NCBI RefSeq assembly: GCF_032444005.1
Contig: NC_091287.1
Span: forward strand, 524,210,001 to 524,274,000
Reading direction: 5' to 3'
DNA: 64,000 nucleotides
Origin: Ranitomeya imitator
Lineage: Eukaryota
Shown here: one piece after another, positions 48,801 to 58,200 of the stretch
Layout of the letters: each line of letters starts with the position of its first letter
How positions within the stretch are numbered: the stretch's first letter is position 1
Notes under the pieces: model-generated
What the model saw: only the letters and a program-made list of their open reading frames with translations
Database searches by the model: none
What the model was told of the DNA's origin: nothing
Translations under genes and position numbers: made by a program

Positions 48801-49405
48801 TTGATCCTCGCTATAAAGGCAAATTGCAAAATATTATGCCACATGAGAACTTGGAACTAATATTAGCAACAAAACAATCAACTCTTGTTGACCGTTTGCT
48901 TCTGGCATTCCCTGCACACAGCGCCCGTGATCGTTCTCACACGAGCTCCAGGGGCCAGCAGACCAGAGGTGTTAGAGGGGCAGAAATCAGAAGTGGCGTT
49001 GGCCAGAGGGGTTTTCTGACCAGGTTGTGGAGTGATTTTTCTATGACCGCAGACAGGACAGGTACTGCAGCATCAATTCAAAGTGACAGGAGACAACATT
49101 TGTCCAGTATGGTTACAAACTATTTTTCATCCCTTATCGACGTTCTCCCTCAACCGTCATTCCCATTTGATTACTGGGCATCCAAATTAGACACCTGGCC
49201 AGAATTGGCAGAATATGCATTGCAGGAGCTTGCTTGCCCGGCAGCTAGTGTCCTATCAGAAAGAGTATTCAGTGCTGCAGGTTCAATACTAACAGAAAAA
49301 AGGACTCGTCTGGCTACCCAAAATGTAGATGATCTAACCTTCATTAAAATGAACCACAACTGGATTTCAAAATCTTTTGCCCCACCCTGCCCGGCTGACA
49401 CCTAG
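45836..49405 (+). CDS. hAT-family transposase (BED zinc finger, DDE core, hATC dimerization domain), 1189 aa, uninterrupted
   Basis: SAVWHFF...CQKC...HLTTMH BED finger; TTDAW (D553), VSDNG (D695), CLAH, RWNS, SERVFS (E1142), LTFIKMN. Confidence 0.97.
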   Translation: MRKSSGRDRGRGRSLSAGNEGSGSGGASGGRGEKNIAPKSGAVEPGSSSGYTRPRTLPFLGLGKPLLKPEQQEQVLAYLADSASSSFASSRETGKSKSSASLVDVHGQGQVTSLSSSAKTTTEKNAAGDTTGYSMELFTHTVPGLESEAVNSPCPLQVESDMECTDAQPQPDYYAGPLTQTTTLPSQGADQESDPDETMLPHHERYTTKRHGDTDEVAQEVQEELLDDPVLDPDWQPLGEQGAGGSSSEAEEEEGPQQASTSPQVPSAGPVSCPKRVAKPKPGGGQRGHPVKAQSAMPEKVSDARKSAVWHFFKQHPIDQRKVICQKCSTSLSRGQNLKSLNTSCMHRHLTTMHLKAWTNYQTSLKVVAPSANEASHQRNIPSGSVGPPFSAPPAVSVQVSLPGQSSQGQGITSFVVGNTASRAPAATIPSPTVSQSAMSTGTPASSTISSSPVQLTLHETMVRKRKYLASHPRTQGLNAHIARLISLEMMPYRLVESEAFKDLMDYAVPRYELPSRHFFSRKAIPALHQHVKERIVHALRQSVSTKVHLTTDAWTSRHGQGRYVSITAHWVNVVDSGSTGDSKFGTVLPSPRSSKQLSVAVRTPSSSSSSSSSCRSKSSSTDRSRTNTPSAPATVAHQVSHYGAATGKRQQAVLAMKCLGDNRHTAEVLSEFLQQETQSWLGTVDLEAGKVVSDNGRNFMAAISLSQLKHIPCLAHTLNLVVQCFLKSYPGLSDLLLKVRGLCAHIRRSPVHSSRMQTYQRSLNLPQHRLIIDVATRWNSTLHMLQRLCEQRRAVMFLWEDTHTRAGSRMADMELSGAQWSKIQDMCQVLQCFEECTRLVSADNAIISMSIPLMRLLMQSLTHIKDQASAPEEEESLDDSQRLSGQGSVHDEVPGEEEVEDDGDEYIFNEEAFPGAREIGGVARPGSGFLRDTSDVDLPATAPQPSTTADLTTGTLAHMADYALRILKRDTRITKMMNDDDYWLACLLDPRYKGKLQNIMPHENLELILATKQSTLVDRLLLAFPAHSARDRSHTSSRGQQTRGVRGAEIRSGVGQRGFLTRLWSDFSMTADRTGTAASIQSDRRQHLSSMVTNYFSSLIDVLPQPSFPFDYWASKLDTWPELAEYALQELACPAASVLSERVFSAAGSILTEKRTRLATQNVDDLTFIKMNHNWISKSFAPPCPADT

Positions 49406-49869
49406 CTTTCCTATGAAAAGGTCTTGCCTGTGGACTATTCTGAATGACTTTTCCAATCTCGTAATTTTCTTCACCTGATTGTCCAGCATACGACATGTTT
49501 CCACCTCACGAAATGGCCAAACTCCCCACACGGGGCCGTGCTATCGCCACTTTGCGCTTGGACCCTTGAGAGTGCTGTTTGTCTGAAGAGGTGGGTGTGG
49601 CCGCTTTTGGTCGACGGCACTGCCACTGGGTCCCTCATAGTACAATAAAGTGTCTCTGGCGGTGGTGGTGCGCACCCAACGTCAGACACACCGTTGTAAT
49701 ATGAGGGGCCCTGTGCCTGTACCGCCGGCCACAAGACAGTTCCCCCCCCCAGCTCAAACAGTGCTCTACCACTAGCAAAATTATCTCTCACAGCTTCACC
49801 AATGTGTAGTCTAGGCGCTGACATCCTTCAATGCCTGGCACTGACAATACCATTGTTTTGACATTTTTG

Positions 49870-51665
49870 TTATGTTAGGCCTTCGAAGCCTGTCTGCGGT
49901 CCCTTCTTTCTACAACTACTACACTGACCAGGCCACTGCTGGCCGTGTTACCCTGGAACCAATTTAAAAGTGCCTACAGTCAGCCCAATTTTGTTATGTT
50001 AGGCCTTCGAAGACTGTCTGCCGTCACTCCTTCCACTAGACTTCCACTGACCATACACTGCTGCCCATGTACCCCTGGAACCAATTTAAAAGTGCCTACA
50101 GCCAGCCCAATTTTGTTATGTTAGGCCTTCGAAGCCTGTCTGCGGTCACTCCTTCCACTAGACTTCCACTGACCAGACCACTGCTGCCCGTGTACCCCTG
50201 CAACCAATTTAAAAGTGCCTACAGCCAGCCCAAGTTTGTTATGTTAGGCCTTCGAAACCTGTCTGCGGTCACTCCTTCCACTAGACTTCCACTGACCAGA
50301 CCACTGCTGCCCGTGTACCCCTGGAACCAATTTAAAAGTGCCTACAGCCAGCCCAAGTTTGTTATGTTAGGCCTTGGAAGCCTGTCTGCGGTCACTCCTT
50401 CCACTAGACTTCCACAGACCAGACCACTGCTGCCCGTGTACCCCTGGAACCAATTTAAAAGTGCCTACAGCCAGCCCAAGTTTGTTATGTTAGGCCTTGG
50501 AAGCCTGTCTGCAGTCACTCCTTCCACTAAACTTCCACTGACCAGACCACTGCTGCCCGTGTACCCCTGGAACCAATTTAAAAGTGCCTACAGCCAGCCC
50601 AAGTTTGTTATGTTAGGCCTTCGAAGCCTGTCTGCGGTCACTCCTTCCACTAGACTTCCACAGACCAGACCACTGCTGCCCGTGTACCCCTGGAACCAAT
50701 TTAAAAGTGCCTACAGCCAGCCCAAGTTTGTTATGTTAGGCCTTGGAAGCCTGTCTGCGGTCACTCCTTCCACTAGACTTCCACTGACCAGACCACTGCT
50801 GCCCGTGTACCCCTGGAACCAATTTAAAAGTGCCTACAGCCAGCCCAAGTTTGTTATGTTAGGCCTTGGAAGCCTGTCTGCGGTCACTCCTTCCACTAGA
50901 CTTCCACTGACCAGACCACTGCTGCCCGTGTACCCCTGGAACCAATTTAAAAGTGCCTACAGCCAGCCCAAGTTTGTTATGTTAGGCCTTCGAAGCCTGT
51001 CTGCGGTCACTCCTTCCACTAGACTTCCACAGACCAGACCACTGCTGCCCGTGTACCCCTGGAACCAATTTAAAAGTGCCTACAGCCAACCCAAGTTTGT
51101 TATGTTAGGCCTTGGAAGCCTGTCTGCGGTCACTCCTTCCACTAGACTTCCACTGACCAGACCACTGCTGCCCGTGTACCCCTGGAACCAATTTAAAAGT
51201 GCCTACAGCCAGCCCAAGTTTGTTATGTTAGGCCTTGGAAGCCTGTCTGCGGTCACTCCTTCCACTAGACTTCCACTGACCATACACTGCTGCCCATGTA
51301 CCCCTGGAACAAATTTAAAAGTGCCTACAGCCAGCCCAAGTTTGTTATGTTAGGCCTTCGAAGCCTGTCTGCGTCCCGTTCTTTCAACTACAACTACACT
51401 GACCAGGCCACTGATGGCCGTGTTCCCCTGGAACCAATTTTAACTTGCCTACAGCCAGCCCTATGTTATTATGTTAGGCCTTCGAAGCCTGTCTGCGTCC
51501 CGTTCTTTCAACTACAACTACACTGACCAGGCCACTGATGGCCGTGTTCCCCTGGAACCAATTTTAACTTGCCTACAGCCAGCCCAATGTTAGGCCTTTG
51601 ATGCCTGTCTGCCGTCACTCCTTCCACTAGGCCTCCACTGACCTGTCTATTGCTGCCCGTGTACC
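49870..51665. repeat. 123-bp tandem array (about 14.5 copies, 10 near-identical) in the hAT 3' region
   Basis: Unit starts at 50067, 50190, 50313 and so on; gives a 41-aa repeat ORF (50067-51353). Confidence 0.97.
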
Positions 51666-53053
51666 CCTTGAACCAACATCATTAAATATAAAAAAAATTA
51701 ATTTGATTATAAAAAATAAGATCGTGTTGAGATCTCAAATGCAGACATTTTAACAATCAAAACAAACACACAACAAATATCTGGAACTGTACTACAAAGG
51801 TCCAACAGCTACAATTTCTTTCTCCTGCAAGAAGTTAACTGAAAGTTTTTTGGAGTTGTTAACACAGATATGGCATCCACCGAGTGTTGTCCTGTCGCGT
51901 CTCCTTTAAATTATTTCCAATAAGATGTTAAACTATTAATTTAATAAAATCAATAATTAAAAAAATAATTGAGTAAGTCAAAAGCACATTGCAAATAAAC
52001 ATTAATTACAAATCAAGAAGCATGGCGCGTCCGAGGGTGAGTAGATACCGAATAAGAATATAATCACCCTCGGACGCGCAATGCTTATTTACAACAGCCT
52101 TCCTTCCTAAGAATCAGCCCTTTCGTGGTGTAGAGAGAGGTTGTGTTACACTCCAAGGTGTTCCCCGGGTTGCCTTTCATGAGCTTCGATCTTCCGGCTC
52201 TCGTTTAGTAGTTGGTGGAAACTACGCTGCATTAGGCCTACAAATTTGGTATGGGGTGTAGAGACAGGTTGTGTTACACTCCAAGGTTTTCACCAGGTTG
52301 CCTTTCCTGAGCTTCTATCTTCAGGCTCTCATTAAATTGTGGTTAAATGGAACAACTGCATTTGGCGTACTAGTTGGTTTGGGGCCTACTATCGGTGTCT
52401 GCCGCTCCTTGCTGTTCTCCTGGTTTCCTGTCCTGAAATTCCATTTTCAGCCTCTCGTTAAGTAGTTGTTAATGTTAAACTGCATTTGGCCTACTAGTTG
52501 GGTTGGGGCCTACTATCGGTGTCTGCCACTCCTTGCTGTTCTCCTCCACTGAACAAAGCTGTGCCGCCTGTTTACTACGGTTGCCAATTTTGAACTGCAT
52601 TTCGACTACTTACTGATTTGGCCCTACTCTCTGTGTCAGCCTCTCATTCCAGTTGTCCTCCACTGCAATGCCCCCTGGTTATTCCTGTGTTACCAATTTT
52701 GAACTGCATTTAGCCCACTTTCTTCTTTGGGCCTATATCTGTGTTTCCACTTCATCGTGCCCATTGCCCAGCCAGTGATAGATGAGTCTGCTGGTACATT
52801 GACCCATAACGCAACATTCCCCGTGCACGCTACACAACAACATTGTGACCCTGCTGAAAGTCAGGTTGCTCTTCCCGCATACCATACCACCTTACACGGG
52901 GACAAAGAGGAAGGTGCAGATGAAAGTGCAGGTTCCTTCATCAGGTGGGGGGAGGAATACTAGTTGGCGACGTCACTGGCACAGGGCCTCTCATAGTACG
53001 CAAAAGTGTTGCTGCCGGTGGGAGGCGCCCCCGCCGTGCAAACACACCGCTGT

Positions 53054-56000
53054 GTGTGGGAAGAAAAACATTAGACTCGAACAAAGACGACCCAGGAAAA
53101 CATACTCAGACGGGAGGTAAGAACATTTCTAAAACAATCCACAGTGAGGAGATTGGAACAAAACAAAATCCTCTAAACTGCATGCTCGCAAACGCCAGAA
53201 GCCTGACAAACAAGATGGAAGAACTAGAAGCAGAAATATCTACAGGTAACTTTGACATAGTGGGAATAACCGAGACATGGTTAGATGAAAGCTATGACTG
53301 GGCAGTTAACTTACAGGGTTACAGTCTGTTTAGAAAGGATCGTAAAAATCGGAGAGGAGGAGGGGTTTGTCTCTATGTAAAGTCTTGTCTAAAGTCCACT
53401 TTAAGGGAGGATATTAGCGAAGGGAATGAGGATTTCGAGTCCATATGGGTTGAAATTCATGGAGGGAAAAATGGTAACAAAATTCTCATTGGGGTCTGTT
53501 ACAAACCCCCAAATATAACAGAAAGCATGGAAAGTCTACTTCTAAAGCAGATAGATGAAGCTGCAACCCATAATGAGGTCCTGGTTATGGGGGACTTTAA
53601 CTACCCGGATATTAACTGGGAAACAGAAACCTGTGAAACCCATAAAGGCAACAGGTTTCTGCTAATAACCAAGAAAAATTATCTTTCACAATTGGTGCAG
53701 AATCCAACCAGAGGAGCAGCACTTTTAGACCTAATACTATCTAATAGACCTGACAGAATAACAAATCTGCAGGTGGTTGGGCATTTAGGAAATAGCGACC
53801 ACAATATTGTGCAGTTTCACCTGTCTTTCACTAGGGGGACTTGTCAGGGAGTCACAAAAACATTGAACTTTAGGAAGGCAAAGTTTGACCAGCTTAGAGA
53901 TGCCCTTAATCTGGTAGACTGGGACAATATCCTCAGAAATAAGAATACAGGTAATAAATGGGAAATGTTTAAGAACATCCTAAATAGGCAGTGTAAGCGG
54001 TTTATACCTTGTGGGAATAAAAGGACTAGAAATAGGAAAAACCCAATGTGGCTAAACAAAGAAGTAAGACAGGCAATTAACAGTAAAAAGAAAGCATTTG
54101 CACTACTAAAGCAGGATGGCACCATTGAAGCTCTAAAAAACTATAGGGAGAAAAATACTTTATCTAAAAAACTAATTAAAGCTGCCAAAAAGGAAACAGA
54201 GAAGCACATTGCTAAGGAGAGTAAAACTAATCCCAAACTGTTCTTCAACTATATCAATAGTAAAAGAATAAAAACTGAAAATGTAGGCCCCTTAAAAAAT
54301 AGTGAGGAAAGAATGGTTGTAGATGACGAGGAAAAAGCTAACATATTAAACACCTTCTTCTCCACGGTATTCACGGTGGAAAATGAAATGCTAGGTGAAA
54401 TCCCAAGAAACAATGAAAACCCTATATTAAGGGTCACCAATCTAACCCAAGAAGAGGTGCGAAACCGGCTAAATAAGATTAAAATAGATAAATCTCCGGG
54501 TCCGGATGGCATACACCCACGAGTATTAAGAGAACTAAGTAATGTAATAGATAAACCATTATTTCTTATTTTTAGTGACTCTATAGCGACAGGGTCTGTT
54601 CCGCAGGACTGGCGCATAGCAAATGTGGTGCCAATATTCAAAAAGGGCTCTAAAAGTGAACCTGGAAATTATAGGCCAGTAAGTCTAACCTCTATTGTTG
54701 GTAAAATATTTGAAGGGTTTCTGAGGGATGTTATTCTGGATTATCTCAATGAGAATAACTGTTTAACTCCATATCAGCATGGGTTTATGAGAAATCGCTC
54801 CTGTCAAACCAATCTAATCAGTTTTTATGAAGAGGTAAGCTATAGACTGGACCACGGTGAGTCATTGGACGTGGTATATCTCGATTTTTCCAAAGCGTTT
54901 GATACCGTGCCGCACAAGAGGTTGGTACACAAAATGAGAATGCTTGGTCTGGGGGAAAATGTGTGTAAATGGGTTAGTAACTGGCTTAGTGATAGAAAGC
55001 AGAGGGTGGTTATAAATGGTATAGTCTCTAACTGGGTCGCTGTGACCAGTGGGGTACCGCAGGGGTCAGTATTGGGACCTGTTCTCTTCAACATATTCAT
55101 TAATGATCTGGTAGAAGGTTTACACAGTAAAATATCGATATTTGCAGATGATACAAAACTATGTAAAGCAGTTAATACAAGAGAAGATAGTATTCTGCTA
55201 CAGATGGATCTGGATAAGTTGGAAACTTGGGCTGAAAGGTGGCAGATGAGGTTTAACAATGATAAATGTAAGGTTATACACATGGGAAGAGGGAATCAAT
55301 ATCACCATTACACACTGAACGGGAAACCACTGGGTAAATCTGACAGGGAGAAGGACTTGGGGATCCTAGTTAATGATAAACTTACCTGGAGCAGCCAGTG
55401 CCAGGCAGCAGCTGCCAAGGCAAACAGGATTATGGGGTGCATTAAAAGAGGTCTGGATACACATGATGAGAGCATTATACTGCCTCTGTACAAATCCCTA
55501 GTTAGACCGCACATGGAGTACTGTGTCCAGTTTTGGGCACCGGTGCTCAGGAAGGATATAATGGAACTAGAGAGAGTACAAAGGAGGGCAACAAAATTAA
55601 TAAAGGGGATGGGAGAACTACAATACCCAGATAGATTAGCGAAATTAGGATTATTTAGTCTAGAAAAAAGACGACTGAGGGGCGATCTAATAACCATGTA
55701 TAAGTATATAAGGGGACAATACAAATATCTCGCTGAGGATCTGTTTATACCAAGGAAGGTGACGGGCACAAGGGGGCATTCTTTGCGTCTGGAGGAGAGA
55801 AGGTTTTTCCACCAACATAGAAGAGGATTCTTTACTGTTAGGGCAGTGAGAATCTGGAATTGCTTGCCTGAGGAGGTGGTGATGGCGAACTCAGTCGAGG
55901 GGTTCAAGAGAGGCCTGGATGTCTTCCTGGAGCAGAACAATATTGTATCATACAATTATTAGGTTCTGTAGAAGGACGTAGATCTGGGTATTTATTATGA

Positions 56001-56071
56001 TGGAATATAGGCTGAACTGGATGGACAAATGTCTTTTTTCGGCCTTACTAACTATGTTACTATGTTATGTT
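53054..56071 (+). mobile_element. 5'-truncated CR1 LINE nested in the hAT element
   Basis: Host reads CACCGCTGT|ACTTTGAGGGGCCC across the insertion (paralogous block near 49690); 3' UTR ends in an ACTATGTT tandem tail; no ORF1. Confidence 0.95.
53182..55962 (+). CDS. CR1 ORF2 (APE endonuclease plus reverse transcriptase), 926 aa from first ATG, uninterrupted
   Basis: NARSL, GITETW, GDFN, LDLILSN, SDHN; PGNYRPVSLTS, YLDFSKAFD, GVPQGSVLGP, FADD, KDLG, RGH. Confidence 0.96.
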   Translation: MLANARSLTNKMEELEAEISTGNFDIVGITETWLDESYDWAVNLQGYSLFRKDRKNRRGGGVCLYVKSCLKSTLREDISEGNEDFESIWVEIHGGKNGNKILIGVCYKPPNITESMESLLLKQIDEAATHNEVLVMGDFNYPDINWETETCETHKGNRFLLITKKNYLSQLVQNPTRGAALLDLILSNRPDRITNLQVVGHLGNSDHNIVQFHLSFTRGTCQGVTKTLNFRKAKFDQLRDALNLVDWDNILRNKNTGNKWEMFKNILNRQCKRFIPCGNKRTRNRKNPMWLNKEVRQAINSKKKAFALLKQDGTIEALKNYREKNTLSKKLIKAAKKETEKHIAKESKTNPKLFFNYINSKRIKTENVGPLKNSEERMVVDDEEKANILNTFFSTVFTVENEMLGEIPRNNENPILRVTNLTQEEVRNRLNKIKIDKSPGPDGIHPRVLRELSNVIDKPLFLIFSDSIATGSVPQDWRIANVVPIFKKGSKSEPGNYRPVSLTSIVGKIFEGFLRDVILDYLNENNCLTPYQHGFMRNRSCQTNLISFYEEVSYRLDHGESLDVVYLDFSKAFDTVPHKRLVHKMRMLGLGENVCKWVSNWLSDRKQRVVINGIVSNWVAVTSGVPQGSVLGPVLFNIFINDLVEGLHSKISIFADDTKLCKAVNTREDSILLQMDLDKLETWAERWQMRFNNDKCKVIHMGRGNQYHHYTLNGKPLGKSDREKDLGILVNDKLTWSSQCQAAAAKANRIMGCIKRGLDTHDESIILPLYKSLVRPHMEYCVQFWAPVLRKDIMELERVQRRATKLIKGMGELQYPDRLAKLGLFSLEKRRLRGDLITMYKYIRGQYKYLAEDLFIPRKVTGTRGHSLRLEERRFFHQHRRGFFTVRAVRIWNCLPEEVVMANSVEGFKRGLDVFLEQNNIVSYNY

Positions 56072-56548
56072 ACTTTGAGGGGCCCTGTGCCAGTGCCAAT
56101 GCCAACGAGTGGGCCCCCCCTGCTTGCTCAGGTTCACAGCACTTGCAAAGTTGAAATACTTACCTCTCCCTGCTCCACTGCCGTGACGTGGTCCAGATTT
56201 CCTGGGCCCACTAATTACTTGAACCAGCCCTACCCCCCACAACTTTAGCCAAATGACCCCCAATTTCAAATGCCTTCCAATTATTATAAGGTAAATTACG
56301 CTTGACAAGCTTCATTAAGAAGAATGGATGGTTTTGACATTAAAATGGGCACTCTAGGTGTTTTCCTGGCCCCCACTCACTGCCGACTATGCTGCCCCAT
56401 TGACTTGCATTGGGTTTCGTGTTTCGGTCGATCCCGACTTTACGTCATAATCGGCCGATTTCACTCGACCCGACTTTGGACATAGTCGGGTTTCGCAAAA
56501 CCCGGCTCTACTCTAAAAAGGTCAAGGTCGCTCAACTCTAGGCTCCAC

Positions 56549-58200
56549 CATTGATTCCAGCCAATGTTGCGTTGAAAAAGTCAAATGGTGCTCCCTCCCT
56601 TCTGAGCTCTGCCGTGCACTCAAACAGTGGTTAACCCCCACATATGGGGCTTCAGCATACTCAGAACAAATTGGACAAAAACTTTTGGGGTCCAGTTTCT
56701 CCTGAGACTCTTCTGAAAATAAAAAAAATTGGGGGCTAAAAAATAATTTTTGTGGAAAAAAAGTTTCTTTTTATTTTCACGGCTCTGTGTTATAAACTTC
56801 TGTGAAGTGCTCAACACACATCTAGACAAGCTCCTTGGGGGGTCTAGTTTCTAAAATGGGGTCACTCGTGGGGGGGGTTTCTACTGTTTAGGCACATCAG
56901 GAGCTCTGCAAAAGCAACATGACGCCTGCAGACCAATCCATCAAACTCTGCATTCCAAAGCATCACTACTTCCCTTCCAAGCCCCGAAGTGTGCCAAAAC
57001 AGTGGTCCAATTTCTCCTGTTACTCTTGTGAAAGTAAAAATTTGGGGGTGAATTGATAATTTTTGTGGAAAAAATATGATTTTTTATTTTCATGGCTCTA
57101 CGTTATAAACTTCTGTAAAGCACTTGGGGTTCATAGTGCTCACCACACATCTAGATAAGCTCCTTGGGGGGTCTAGTTTCTAAAATGGGGTCACTTGTGG
57201 GAGGTTTCTACTGTTTAGGCACATCAGGGGCTCTGCAAACGCAACATGATGCCCGCAGACCATTCCATCAAAGTCTGCATTTTAAAATACACTACTCTTC
57301 TGAGCTCTACCATGCGCCCAAACAGTGGTCCCCCCCACATATGGGGTATCGGCGTACTCAAGAAAAACTGTACAACAATTTTTGGGGTCAAATTTCTCCT
57401 GTTACCCTTGGGAAAATAAAAAATTGCGGGCTGAAAAATCATTTTTGAGAAAAATAAGATTTTTTTATTTTCACGGCTCTGCGTTAATAAACTTTTGTGA
57501 AGCACTTGATGGTTCAAAGTGCTCCCCACACATCTAGATAAGTTTCTTAAGGGGTCCAGTTTCCAAAATGGTGTCACTTGTGGGGGGGATTCCACTGTTT
57601 AGGCACATCAGGGGCTCTCCAAACGCGACATGGCGTCCGATCTCAATTCCAGCCAATTCTGCATTGAAAAAGTCAAACGTCACTCCTTCCCTTCCGAGCT
57701 CTGCCGTGCATCCAAACAGTGGTTTACCCTCACATATGGGATATCGGCGTACTCACAACAAATTGCACAATATCTTTGGTGGTCTAATTTCTCCTTTTAC
57801 CATTGTAAAAGTAAAAACTTGGGGGCGAAAAGATCATTTTTGTGGAAAAAATATTTTTATTTTCACAGCTCTACGTTATAAACTTCTGTGAAGCACTTGG
57901 GGGTTCAAAGTGCTCACCACACATCTAGAGAAGTTCCTTTAGGGGTCTAGTTTCCAAAATGGTGTCTCTTGTGGGGAGTTTCCACTGTTTAGGCACATCA
58001 GGGGCTCTCCAAATGCAACATGGCATCCGATCTCAATTCCAGCCAATTCTGCTTTGAAAACGTCAAACGGAGCTCCTTCTCTTTCAAGCTCTTCCGTGCG
58101 CCCAAACAGTGGTTTACCCCTAAATATGGGGTATCGGCGTATTCAGTAGAAATTGCACAACACATTTTGTGGTTCATTTTCTCTTTTTACACTTGTGAAA
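56549..58200. repeat. Diverged 330-390-bp tandem units (about 4-5) of the piggyBac-like element
   Basis: CATCTAGA...CTAGTTTC(C/T)AAAATGG...TTTAGGCACATCAGG recurs at about 56845, 57174, 57557 and 57947. Confidence 0.85.

Larger units (their letters stand above)
42319..56540 (+). mobile_element. Full-length hAT transposon (14.2 kb; about 11.2 kb without the nested CR1)
   Basis: Perfect 8-bp TSD GGCTCCAC (42311-42318, 56541-56548), TIR TAG(G/A)GTTGAGCGA, subterminal CCGAC/GTCGG motifs at both ends, intact transposase. Confidence 0.95.

Noticed and set aside
49870-51665. Regular array as a possible CRISPR
   Set aside because: Units are contiguous and near-identical with no unique spacers, there are no cas genes, and the context is eukaryotic.
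52945-53181. N-terminal extension of the 1005-aa ORF as an hAT-CR1 fusion protein
   Set aside because: The start is GTG and the first 36 codons are hAT sequence in frame by chance; the first ATG is at 53182, at the endonuclease start.
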